From a virus, in IMG/VR virus record IMGVR_UViG_3300027702_000001: a DNA stretch of 64,000 nucleotides; one strand, 5' to 3'. Position 1 is the first letter of the stretch. Every line of letters starts with the position of its first letter. Position numbers and translations under genes: made by a program. Below are positions 33,301 through 40,438 of this stretch, piece after piece. A model generated the notes under the pieces. It was not told the DNA's origin. It did no database searches and worked only from the letters and a program-made list of their open reading frames with translations.

Positions 33301-33334
33301 TATCGATTGAAATTGGTCGCTTGACGTGATACGG

Positions 33335-33658
33335 TTATTTACCTACACCATAGTCGGATGCACTTCTCTCAAGTTGGTATAAACTTCCGTCTCTATATCC
33401 ATCCTTATATGATTGTTCGATCTTTTCATCGATCTTTTCAAAGTCATCTTCTGAGAGACCACTCTCTTCAAATATGAGAGCATTATCTGAAAACTTTTTC
33501 AACTCTTCGAGAACCTCGTCATATGAAAATTGGCGGTTTATGGCATTATCTCCGAATGCTAGTTCATAGACCTCTTCAATAAATTCGTTTTTTGTCATTT
33601 GCTTTTGTACTGTGAGATTGTTCAATGTGAGATTAAGATCGGTAAAAATATCGTGCAT
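33335..33658 (-). CDS. Early-region hypothetical acidic protein
   Basis: Track ORF, co-oriented in an operon. Confidence 0.65.
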   Translation of the reverse strand: MHDIFTDLNLTLNNLTVQKQMTKNEFIEEVYELAFGDNAINRQFSYDEVLEELKKFSDNALIFEESGLSEDDFEKIDEKIEQSYKDGYRDGSLYQLERSASDYGVGK

Positions 33659-33663
33659 AGTGC

Positions 33664-33858
33664 TTAGAATGGGTTTGTCCAGTTGTATGCTTGCCAGTCG
33701 GTAACCATCCCATCCTGATTGAGACAGTCAACAAAATTGTTCCAACTCTCACGTTTTGCGATTGTGTCACCTCTGAGAGACCTATCCTGAGCAACTGCCA
33801 CTTTCCAGTTGTAACGAAATTGCTCTAGAACCTGTGCTTTAGTTGCTCTCCAAGTCAT
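33664..33858 (-). CDS. Early-region hypothetical protein (64 aa, Trp-rich)
   Basis: First ORF after promoter element 2; AGGAG RBS. Confidence 0.75.
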   Translation of the reverse strand: MTWRATKAQVLEQFRYNWKVAVAQDRSLRGDTIAKRESWNNFVDCLNQDGMVTDWQAYNWTNPF

Positions 33859-33890
33859 TTGTGAAATTCTCCTTTGTTTGCTATGTACTT

Positions 33891-33948
33891 ATTATAACGG
33901 ATCAGATCCGCCTGTGTAGGGTAGGTGTGCCAGTTCGTGAACTGTCCT
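33891..33948 (-). promoter_or_regulatory. Early promoter element 2
   Basis: GTGCCAGT-tcgtga-ACTGTCCT at 33927-33948, 30 bp from ATTATA at 33891-33896. Confidence 0.75.
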
Positions 33949-33979
33949 AGAAAGTGGTCAGTCTTAACTGTCTCACCTA

Positions 33980-34129
33980 TCATTTATTAAGAGGACTATT
34001 AAAATATGCTTTATTTACTGTGTAGATGGTAAAAATAGCGACGATGATCCCTAAAAACCCTAACCACAAAATTGGGGAATGGGGGAAATCATAAAATGGG
34101 ACTTCTGTGGGAACTGTTGAAAATTGCAT
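33980..34129 (-). CDS. Small membrane protein (49 aa)
   Basis: Hand-translated MQFSTVPTEVPFYDFPHSPILWLGFLGIIVAIFTIYTVNKAYFNSPLNK; one TM helix. Confidence 0.6.
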   Translation of the reverse strand: MQFSTVPTEVPFYDFPHSPILWLGFLGIIVAIFTIYTVNKAYFNSPLNK

Positions 34130-34130
34130 C

Positions 34131-34205
34131 TTAGTTAGGATTGTAGTAATTGAGAAATAGCACTAATATAAGTGCGATGAGTAAAATTGAAATTAATGTG
34201 ATCAT
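34131..34205 (-). CDS. Tiny hydrophobic peptide (24 aa)
   Basis: MITLISILLIALILVLFLNYYNPN; ATGA-coupled upstream and 1 nt from the next ATG. Confidence 0.4.
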   Translation of the reverse strand: MITLISILLIALILVLFLNYYNPN

Positions 34206-34354
34206 TCTGTGTAAATGTATGAGTTACCAGTATCATATACATCCGAGAAGAGTTGATAATATAGGTCATTCATTAAACCAAATTCAAAACTAGTGCTCGC
34301 GTGCTCTTCAGTCACTCCCTCGTAGCATTTGAGAATTTCATCGTATTGAGTCAT
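34202..34354 (-). CDS. Early-region hypothetical protein (50 aa)
   Basis: Start moved to ATG 34354, since the longer track start lies upstream of promoter element 3. Confidence 0.6.
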   Translation of the reverse strand: MTQYDEILKCYEGVTEEHASTSFEFGLMNDLYYQLFSDVYDTGNSYIYTE

Positions 34355-34378
34355 CTTTTCCTCTGTGTGTATGTCCTT

Positions 34379-34437
34379 ATTATAAGGGATGGGATTCTGA
34401 TCTGTGTGTGGTGTTGTGACAGTAGTTAAACTGTCAC
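34379..34437 (-). promoter_or_regulatory. Early promoter element 3
   Basis: Perfect palindrome GTGACAGT-agttaa-ACTGTCAC at 34416-34437, 31 bp from ATTATA at 34379-34384. Confidence 0.8.
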
Positions 34438-34451
34438 ACAACCGCTTGACT

Positions 34452-34877
34452 TTAGTAAACAATGCACTTATTAGATACATTGATGATTGTGAAACCGAGT
34501 TTTTTCAAAATGTTTCTGTATCTTGCGATCTGAGTATTCTTGCGATATTCCCAAAGATCATCGCCAAATGCGATATAAGAAACTTTTGCTACTTTAGTTT
34601 TATCAATGTGGATTGCTCTGTAATCATCCTGACTAATGTCATCGTGGGCAACTTCGTAAACGATCTTAGCAACTACCTCGCCGCCGATGATTAGATTTGA
34701 AAATTGTGAACTCTCGTGCTTATGGTGAACTGAAACACCATTTTTCCAGTCTCCAGATCCATATGTGTTGATGCGATCTAAAACTAGTGATTGATATACA
34801 TCGAGTTTAACCTCTGGATCAAGACCAATTCTAAGTGTGTCTTTTTTGATCAATTCTTTGTATTCTGTAGGTGTCAT
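34452..34877 (-). CDS. Early-region hypothetical protein (141 aa)
   Basis: First ORF after promoter element 4. Confidence 0.75.
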   Translation of the reverse strand: MTPTEYKELIKKDTLRIGLDPEVKLDVYQSLVLDRINTYGSGDWKNGVSVHHKHESSQFSNLIIGGEVVAKIVYEVAHDDISQDDYRAIHIDKTKVAKVSYIAFGDDLWEYRKNTQIARYRNILKKLGFTIINVSNKCIVY

Positions 34878-34900
34878 AGTTGTTTGTTGCTTATACTAAT

Positions 34901-34959
34901 ATTATAGAGGATGATGCCCCAATAATAAACAACGTATGTGCCACTAATACAACTGGCAC
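34901..34959 (-). promoter_or_regulatory. Early promoter element 4
   Basis: GTGCCACT-aataca-ACTGGCAC at 34938-34959, 31 bp from ATTATA at 34901-34906. Confidence 0.8.
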
Positions 34960-35177
34960 TAGAATCTTTCTAAAACTTTGCATTTTGTGTAATCGTAAAC
35001 AGGATGGAATAATGTTTCATCGTTACAGATCTCCATTTGTGGTCTACAATAGCGTCCCCATCTTCGGATAACTGTTCCAATAATCCGCTGACCTATTGGA
35101 TCAGTATATGCAACGATGTCACCTATACTAATCTCAGCGAATGACTCATAAGTGTTGTATTCTTTAATTTCGCTCAT
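34959..35177 (-). CDS. Early-region hypothetical protein (72 aa, SH3-like beta pattern)
   Basis: ISIGDIVAY...IIGTVIR; stop abuts palindrome 4. Confidence 0.65.
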   Translation of the reverse strand: MSEIKEYNTYESFAEISIGDIVAYTDPIGQRIIGTVIRRWGRYCRPQMEICNDETLFHPVYDYTKCKVLERF

Positions 35178-35404
35178 TGTGCAACCGCTCTTGTTTCAAT
35201 GATTATATCTCTAACTCTCTCGCGATCGAGTGAGTCACCATCACCGAACTCAATATTAGTGTTTGATGCACATAGATCGAGGTATCTGAGTATCGCGATT
35301 GCGATCTCTCCAGTTGTTAATCCATCGATAGGATATAATACATCGGGATGATATGGTGCATAAAACATTTCGATGTAGTCTAGAAATTCTTGAAAATTGC
35401 TCAT
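35174..35404 (-). CDS. Early-region hypothetical protein (76 aa)
   Basis: Start moved to ATG 35404, which has an AGGAG RBS; C-terminal FGDGDSLDRERVRD motif. Confidence 0.65.
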   Translation of the reverse strand: MSNFQEFLDYIEMFYAPYHPDVLYPIDGLTTGEIAIAILRYLDLCASNTNIEFGDGDSLDRERVRDIIIETRAVAQ

Positions 35405-35408
35405 TAGT

Positions 35409-35603
35409 TTAAACTCCTTTAACTCTTGATTGTAGGTAAGTTGATTGTGCTTGACATACATTGTCAACTAGGTTATCGAATGTTTGAACATCCCAACCTT
35501 TTTGCTCTGCAATGTCTAACTCATATGCTGTCATTACGAGGTCATAGAGTAACTCATATTGACCGTTTGAGACTTCGATGTTCATTCCTTTGATTGATTT
35601 CAT
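35409..35603 (-). CDS. Early-region hypothetical protein (64 aa)
   Basis: First ORF after promoter element 5. Confidence 0.65.
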   Translation of the reverse strand: MKSIKGMNIEVSNGQYELLYDLVMTAYELDIAEQKGWDVQTFDNLVDNVCQAQSTYLQSRVKGV

Positions 35604-35630
35604 TTAGTTTCCTTTGTTGCTTATGTCCTT

Positions 35631-35688
35631 ATTATAGAGGATCAATACCGCTCTGGGATGCTTTTGTAGTCACTTTGTGAACTGTCAC
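35631..35688 (-). promoter_or_regulatory. Early promoter element 5
   Basis: TAGTCACT-ttgtga-ACTGTCAC at 35667-35688, 30 bp from ATTATA at 35631-35636. Confidence 0.75.
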
Positions 35689-35836
35689 AATGCTCCTTGA
35701 CAAGATACTCGCCTGTCATTATTCTTTCAAATACTGCGGTCTGTTCATCATTTAGATCAAAATCCATATCTCTGAGAACATCCCACAATTTCGTCATTTG
35801 ATATGACTCGTCGAATGACATAGGTATATTAAGCAT
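35642..35836 (-). CDS. Early-region hypothetical protein (64 aa)
   Basis: Track ORF whose 3' end runs through palindrome 5. Confidence 0.6.
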   Translation of the reverse strand: MLNIPMSFDESYQMTKLWDVLRDMDFDLNDEQTAVFERIMTGEYLVKEHCDSSQSDYKSIPERY

Positions 35837-36050
35837 CGTAGTTAACTCCGCTGAATACTCTTAACTGAGTTGCATAGTTAACAAGTTGATTGAATCCATC
35901 TTCATTAACCTTAATCTGATCCAATAGTTTTGAGTCTGCTTCCTCATCTAGAAACCTCATAATGGTCTCAAATTGCTCTAACGCTTCAAAACTAAATCCA
36001 GTCTCTGCTTCAACTTCTGTGCGATCTGGGAATGTTGAGTTTTCAATCAT
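35829..36050 (-). CDS. Early-region hypothetical protein (73 aa)
   Basis: First ORF after promoter element 6. Confidence 0.65.
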   Translation of the reverse strand: MIENSTFPDRTEVEAETGFSFEALEQFETIMRFLDEEADSKLLDQIKVNEDGFNQLVNYATQLRVFSGVNYDA

Positions 36051-36075
36051 TTGTTTTTGTGTTGCTTATGTTCTT

Positions 36076-36133
36076 ATTATAGTCAATGTATGTGAACTAT
36101 GGTGTTACTGTGTGCCAGTAATATAACTGTCAC
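36076..36133 (-). promoter_or_regulatory. Early promoter element 6
   Basis: GTGCCAGT-aatata-ACTGTCAC at 36112-36133, 30 bp from ATTATA at 36076-36081. Confidence 0.8.
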
Positions 36134-36145
36134 ATAAACACTTGA

Positions 36146-36319
36146 CTATGCACTTTGTAGTTCTTCTAATAGAGAGTCAAGTTCTTCAGCACAATGACCA
36201 CATCGCCATCCCTCTATCTCATCACCATAATATGCATATCTGTTGACGAATCTGCCTGATCCTGCTTTACAAGACTGACCACAGTCAACACAAATTTCTG
36301 AATCAAATGTATTTTTCAT
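36146..36319 (-). CDS. Small zinc-finger-like protein (57 aa)
   Basis: Hand-translated MKNTFDSEICVDCGQSC...WRCGHCAEELDSLLEELQSA; CxxC...CxxC. Confidence 0.6.
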   Translation of the reverse strand: MKNTFDSEICVDCGQSCKAGSGRFVNRYAYYGDEIEGWRCGHCAEELDSLLEELQSA

Positions 36320-36474
36320 TGACATTCATCCTCGAATCTCTCGCGAGCAATATATTCACAATGCTCAACAAGTGCTTCCTCACTCATCATTTTATCGAGA
36401 CCTGTGGATCTCATTAGTTCTAACTCATCTTCATAGAATCCGATAAGCATATCTTCGTGATGTGAAACTGACAT
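36316..36474 (-). CDS. Early-region hypothetical protein (52 aa)
   Basis: Hand-translated MSVSHHEDMLIGFYEDEL...ARERFEDECQ; ATGA-coupled; GGAGG RBS. Confidence 0.55.
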   Translation of the reverse strand: MSVSHHEDMLIGFYEDELELMRSTGLDKMMSEEALVEHCEYIARERFEDECQ

Positions 36475-36612
36475 TTAAACTTCCTCCCAGTAAACTGTAT
36501 CAACTTTTTTGTATAGGTCTGCAACTTTGCATCCCTTACGTCTAGCAACTTGTCTTGCTATCATCGCTTCCCATCTTAGGAATGACTCATAGTTTCTGTT
36601 TCTACTGCACAT
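36475..36612 (-). CDS. Early-region hypothetical protein (45 aa)
   Basis: Hand-translated MCSRNRNYESFLRWEAMIARQVARRKG...; first ORF after promoter element 7. Confidence 0.5.
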   Translation of the reverse strand: MCSRNRNYESFLRWEAMIARQVARRKGCKVADLYKKVDTVYWEEV

Positions 36613-36635
36613 AATGTTTGTTTGTTTATACTATT

Positions 36636-36693
36636 ATTATAGTAAATGTGTGGTGCATATGGTAACATTATGTGCCACTAGTTGAACTGTCAC
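36636..36693 (-). promoter_or_regulatory. Early promoter element 7
   Basis: GTGCCACT-agttga-ACTGTCAC at 36672-36693, 30 bp from ATTATA at 36636-36641. Confidence 0.8.
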
Positions 36694-36923
36694 ACTATAC
36701 GATCCATAAAGATCCATTCATATGTACCATCCTCAGGGTCGCGTCCATTAACAACGAACTCCTCATAAATGGCATCAGCATCTTCAAAACGGTTGGCATC
36801 AATGTGCTTTGTGATCACGTTCATATAGTGCTCACCCATCAGATCGATTGATGTTTGCATTTGTTCGTTAAATTCCTGATTGTGGTCGTACTCGTGGATC
36901 TCGTTATTTAATTCGTGTTCCAT
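36690..36923 (-). CDS. Early-region hypothetical acidic protein (77 aa)
   Basis: Its TGA stop is supplied by palindrome 7 (GTGACAGT). Confidence 0.65.
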   Translation of the reverse strand: MEHELNNEIHEYDHNQEFNEQMQTSIDLMGEHYMNVITKHIDANRFEDADAIYEEFVVNGRDPEDGTYEWIFMDRIV

Positions 36924-37407
36924 AGGTTTGGATTGCTTTGTTGGGGATAGTGTAACCTAGTCGTGGGTCTTTTCTGATCTTATCAGAATGAAATTGCTTT
37001 TTAAGACTAGGTAGTAGCAAGTTCAGTACGTCATCGCCTGACATTTGCCAGACTTCAACAACTTGACCATTTTGGTAGCGTGCAAAGAAGTGATCTTTGT
37101 ACTTGCCAATTTTCTCTTCTTTGAGATACTTGACTTGATCTTCCCAAGTATCTTGAACTGAAATACCATTGTAGGTGGCGGTCAGTTTCTTACCTATAGT
37201 AGATTTATACTCAACAGGATTCCCATCCTGATCAAATGCATCAGCACCCGAGTAATCATCAGCAACATTATGCCCAAGGATACCCGCTAAGTGAATTTCA
37301 CGTGAGCGTGCATAACTGAATGGATCTCCCCATCCGTGTTGGTCGCAAAGAGCATACATTTGCTCAAAAAGTTGCTGATATTGTTGTTCGGGTGTTGTCA
37401 CTTGCAT
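36904..37407 (-). CDS. PvuII-like PD-(D/E)xK restriction endonuclease family protein (167 aa)
   Basis: HGWGDPF, GADAFDQDGNPVEYKS, KIGKYKDHFFARY and YGTRIK align by eye with PvuII as recalled (HGINDIF, GNDAVDNAGQEYELKS, IIAKYRQVPWIFAIY, HGTKIY). Start moved to ATG 37407, downstream of promoter 8. Confidence 0.7.
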   Translation of the reverse strand: MQVTTPEQQYQQLFEQMYALCDQHGWGDPFSYARSREIHLAGILGHNVADDYSGADAFDQDGNPVEYKSTIGKKLTATYNGISVQDTWEDQVKYLKEEKIGKYKDHFFARYQNGQVVEVWQMSGDDVLNLLLPSLKKQFHSDKIRKDPRLGYTIPNKAIQTYGTRIK

Positions 37408-37429
37408 AGTTTTTTGATTCGATACCTCT

Positions 37430-37487
37430 ATTATAAGGGTTAAACCCATCCGTGTGTGGATGGGTGTGCCACTAGTCAAACTGTCAC
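37430..37487 (-). promoter_or_regulatory. Early promoter element 8 with nested hairpin
   Basis: GTGCCACT-agtcaa-ACTGTCAC at 37466-37487, 30 bp from ATTATA at 37430-37435; the spacer holds the perfect 8-bp stem ACCCATCC/GGATGGGT. Confidence 0.8.
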
Positions 37488-37488
37488 A

Positions 37489-37722
37489 CTAGCAGGATGC
37501 AGGTGAGTAGTTTTGTGGTTCAGTTAAGAAGTCAGTCACCTGATAATGAAGATCGAGACGTGAATTGATTGTTTCAATCATTTCTCGCTTACTCATCAAT
37601 CGCATTGACATAGCATTAACCTCACCCCACTTATTTTTCAAACTGAGAGTATAAACAAATTTCTCACTCAAAATCGCGTGTGGACGAAATTCGACTGTCA
37701 TCGATCCTGCTGTGAGTTGCAT
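37489..37722 (-). CDS. Early-region hypothetical protein (77 aa)
   Basis: First ORF after promoter element 9; AGGAG RBS. Confidence 0.7.
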   Translation of the reverse strand: MQLTAGSMTVEFRPHAILSEKFVYTLSLKNKWGEVNAMSMRLMSKREMIETINSRLDLHYQVTDFLTEPQNYSPASC

Positions 37723-37745
37723 TTGGTCTCTCCTGTGCTTTACCT

Positions 37746-38069
37746 CTATATTATAGAGGATGGGGCAAGGTCTAGTGGTTCGGGTGTGACAGTTTGTGGT
37801 TTGGCACGAAGTGTCATCTGTTGCCAGTCATCCCACTCTGTTCCATAGTTGGATTCCACTAGTGGTTTAATCTGTTGCATCAATCCGATTATCGCATCCT
37901 TACCATAATAATCGTGTTCGATAGTATCGTGACCAGTACAACTTGATCCCCACTCTGTTACGTCGCTGTCAATTCTTGCAACTAAACCGCGTGCATAATA
38001 GTGAAGCATACCTAGTTCTCTTCTTGATAATGCTATTGTGAACTCTTTTTTGTTGTTAGTTGGATTCAT
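37746..38069 (-). CDS. Early-region hypothetical protein (107 aa)
   Basis: Track ORF whose 3' end runs through element 9. Confidence 0.65.
   Translation of the reverse strand: MNPTNNKKEFTIALSRRELGMLHYYARGLVARIDSDVTEWGSSCTGHDTIEHDYYGKDAIIGLMQQIKPLVESNYGTEWDDWQQMTLRAKPQTVTPEPLDLAPSSII
37750..37807 (-). promoter_or_regulatory. Early promoter element 9
   Basis: GTGACAGT-ttgtgg-TTTGGCAC at 37786-37807, 30 bp from ATTATA at 37750-37755. Confidence 0.7.
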
Positions 38070-38229
38070 TGATTTTTTCTAATTTTTGGACTGCGTTGAA
38101 TAGGTCGATGTGTGCAGCGTCAGGTTCATCGCCATTTTCTTTGAGTTCTGATCTATAAATGTCAGGTAGATCTCTGACTGCATCATAAATCTCCTCAAAT
38201 TCACCTCTGGTGAGTGTTAGAGTTATCAT
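38056..38229 (-). CDS. Early-region hypothetical protein (57 aa)
   Basis: Hand-translated MITLTLTRGEFEEIYDAVRDL...; ATGA-coupled; GAGG RBS. Confidence 0.55.
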   Translation of the reverse strand: MITLTLTRGEFEEIYDAVRDLPDIYRSELKENGDEPDAAHIDLFNAVQKLEKINESN

Positions 38230-38384
38230 ACTATCCTCGCATCTAATACTGTAACTGGATCTAAGAAGAAACCATTGTCAACTGCATTGACTACTACGTT
38301 TTGGTTGATAGCGTCACCGTCAGGGCAATTAATATCGTCCTCTGTGTCTACTTCAACTAGTAATGTGATTTGTACTCTTGTCAT
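38226..38384 (-). CDS. Early-region hypothetical protein (52 aa)
   Basis: Hand-translated MTRVQITLLVEVDTEDDINCPDGDAINQNVVVNAVDNGFFLDPVTVLDARIV. Confidence 0.6.
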   Translation of the reverse strand: MTRVQITLLVEVDTEDDINCPDGDAINQNVVVNAVDNGFFLDPVTVLDARIV

Positions 38385-38407
38385 CGTATTAGGTTTTGTA
38401 ATATTGT

Positions 38408-38567
38408 GTCAGAGCGAGGGTATCCCTCAGCGATTTGTAATGTGAGCAACGCTCTGACGGTTGAGTGTGGAAGAGGTTCGATTTAAAGATCTGTTCCACC
38501 TGATCTATCCTAACTTGTTTACCAAGTGTAATTAAGATCAGGGATGAGATCACCCTTGCCCTCCACA
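38408..38567 (-). ncRNA. Candidate structured non-coding RNA / long 5' leader (about 160 nt)
   Basis: Begins at the predicted TSS of element 10. Helices: 38408-38416/38450-38458 (9 bp perfect), 38416-38428 hairpin, 38499-38505/38536-38542 (7 bp), 38513-38527 hairpin, 38559-38566/38467-38474 (8 bp with G-U). Confidence 0.5.
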
Positions 38568-38572
38568 TTTAT

Positions 38573-38631
38573 AATATACCAATAAAAAAGACCCCTGTGG
38601 GGTCTTAGTAGTACAGTTTGTTAAGTGTCAC
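38573..38631 (-). promoter_or_regulatory. Early promoter element 10 with nested terminator
   Basis: AGTACAGT-ttgtta-AGTGTCAC at 38610-38631, 31 bp from -10 TATATT at 38573-38578; the spacer has AAGACCCC-ACA-GGGGTCTT-TTTT on the minus strand. Confidence 0.7.
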
Positions 38632-38636
38632 ATAGT

Positions 38637-39065
38637 TTACCAGAATGTCCCCAAATGTGATACTTTATCGAAGAATGCATCACGATATGTATCGTCAATG
38701 CTATTGGCATCTACCGTATAAAGATCTCCTTTGAGTTTCTTACATTTACCAGTAGATCCCTCGATCCACATTAAATCCTTTGTGTGTCCACCTCTATCTG
38801 CAGGTGCGGTCGCTGTGATTTTAATATCATCGCCATCATCTACCTTAGCGAATACCCAAGTAACTGAAGCATCATCCGCCACAACTTTATCTCTCTTGTT
38901 GAGAATGACGTTTACGTGAGTGTGAATTGCTCTTGCAATTTCTGTTGATGTACCAACAGATTCTGCTATTCTCTTGTCAATATTGGCGAGTCTATATGCC
39001 TTCGCCTTCTCTGACAATTTAGTGAGCAGCAAATCTGCATACCCATTAACTGCTGTCGTTGCCAT
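38637..39065 (-). CDS. Hypothetical protein (142 aa)
   Basis: Downstream of the helicase; ends 6 bp before palindrome 10. Confidence 0.75.
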   Translation of the reverse strand: MATTAVNGYADLLLTKLSEKAKAYRLANIDKRIAESVGTSTEIARAIHTHVNVILNKRDKVVADDASVTWVFAKVDDGDDIKITATAPADRGGHTKDLMWIEGSTGKCKKLKGDLYTVDANSIDDTYRDAFFDKVSHLGTFW

Positions 39066-39099
39066 TGTTAATCTCTGTAACTGTACTTGATAGAGTTAT

Positions 39100-40353
39100 T
39101 TATGCAACTAGCGACTCGGGGTGAATACCGTGGACGAAAATTGCATCTACCACTCTCTGAAGACGTGTTGCGATGTGCTTACCATAGTTCGTATAGGTTG
39201 GTACTGTCACATAACCAGTTGATTTACGATACATCTTAAGGTTACCCGCTGTCAGTTCACCTGAGCGAATACGCTTAGCGTCCTCTTTATGTAGTCTGAT
39301 AACACGTCCAATGGTCTGTGCCATTTCGACTGTTGCCAACTGTCTCAACAAAATAGTATGAGTTAGACCGTGAACATTGATACCTTCAGATAGGATAGAG
39401 TAATGGAAGATGATAAACTTACGGTCATCATCACGTCCGAACTCATCCATAGTATTGAAGAATTGCTCACGGTTCACTTTCTTGTCATTGACATATGCAC
39501 CGAACTTACTAGTCACGTGTAGAACATCGTAACCGCGTTTCTTCAACTCTGATAGCAAGTTGGTCTGACCTAGCATATTACCTAGGATCTTAGAACTAGG
39601 AACTGCACATAACACTTTCTGTGCATTCTTGTCATCAAGATTGTCAAGTACATCGAGAACTGTTTGTGCATCAGTATCCCAACTCATTTTCTTGACTCTC
39701 TCAATATCTTGCTCAAATGGAACAATAGTTGGGGGGATGATAGCACCGCTGTCAATCAATTCTGGTGCAGGTACTTGCTCAATGATAGTACCATAAACAA
39801 TTTGATTGTTCATACCACGGTTATGCCTACGTGCGATTCGTGGTGTTGCTGTGAAGAAATAGCAACGTTTTGCTGTTTCGCTGATCTCTTCAGTTGATTC
39901 GAAGAAATTACGTGATACACTATTGTGTGCTTCATCAAAATATGCTACATCAATGTCAATGCCAGACTCAACAACCCTTCTCAATGAGTGGTATGTTGTG
40001 AATATAACGTGAGTTGCAACTGCACTATTCTGTTTGTTATTCTCAATGAATTTTGCAATTTTCTCAGGTTTTGTGCCTGACTCGTGATGAGTCTCTCCAG
40101 AGTGGACGTGATAGACGTGAACCCAATCTGCCTTAAGGAACTGCATAAACTCCTCACTCAACTGATTAGCGAGTAGGATACGAGGTGCAACAACTACAAT
40201 GGTGCTGTTGCTGTTAGTGTTGAGCGTCCTTAGAGCATCATAGATCATACACATTGTCTTACCACCACCTGTAGGGATGATGATCTGACCTTTAGTCTCA
40301 CGCTTCATAGCGTCTACTGCTCTCTGTTGGTGCTTGCGAAGATTAACGCTCAA
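39100..40353 (-). CDS. SF2 DEAH-type helicase (ResIII/UvsW-like)
   Basis: IIIPTGGGKT (Walker A), YFDEAH, FFTATP, ILSEGINV, QTIGRVIR. TTG start at 40353 with AGGAG 6 nt upstream. Confidence 0.9.
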   Translation of the reverse strand: MSVNLRKHQQRAVDAMKRETKGQIIIPTGGGKTMCMIYDALRTLNTNSNSTIVVVAPRILLANQLSEEFMQFLKADWVHVYHVHSGETHHESGTKPEKIAKFIENNKQNSAVATHVIFTTYHSLRRVVESGIDIDVAYFDEAHNSVSRNFFESTEEISETAKRCYFFTATPRIARRHNRGMNNQIVYGTIIEQVPAPELIDSGAIIPPTIVPFEQDIERVKKMSWDTDAQTVLDVLDNLDDKNAQKVLCAVPSSKILGNMLGQTNLLSELKKRGYDVLHVTSKFGAYVNDKKVNREQFFNTMDEFGRDDDRKFIIFHYSILSEGINVHGLTHTILLRQLATVEMAQTIGRVIRLHKEDAKRIRSGELTAGNLKMYRKSTGYVTVPTYTNYGKHIATRLQRVVDAIFVHGIHPESLVA

Positions 40354-40378
40354 ATGTCTCTCCTGATCTGTTACCAAC

Positions 40379-40438
40379 AGTATAGCACCAAAAAACCCAC
40401 CGATGGGGGGATCGATGGGTCAGTTGTTTGATTGTCAC
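40379..40438 (-). promoter_or_regulatory. Early promoter element 11 with nested terminator
   Basis: GGGTCAGT-tgtttg-ATTGTCAC at 40417-40438, 32 bp from -10 TATACT at 40379-40384; the spacer on the minus strand is the 10-bp stem ACCCAUCGAU/AUCGGUGGGU + U5. Confidence 0.65.

Noticed and set aside
34416-34437. CRP-type site TGTGA-N6-TCACA
   Set aside because: The outer TGTGA/TCACA arms here are 14 bp apart, not 6.
38390-38568. 59-aa ORF MWRARVISSLILITLGK... over the structured RNA
   Set aside because: The ATG coincides with the predicted TSS, there is no RBS and the composition is not protein-like; dense base-pairing explains the sequence better. It is not fully excluded.
33242-40438. CRISPR array interpretation of the palindromic repeats
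   Set aside because: Spacing is irregular (about 320-1800 bp), the intervals are coding, the repeats are degenerate and each has a -10 box; no cas genes.
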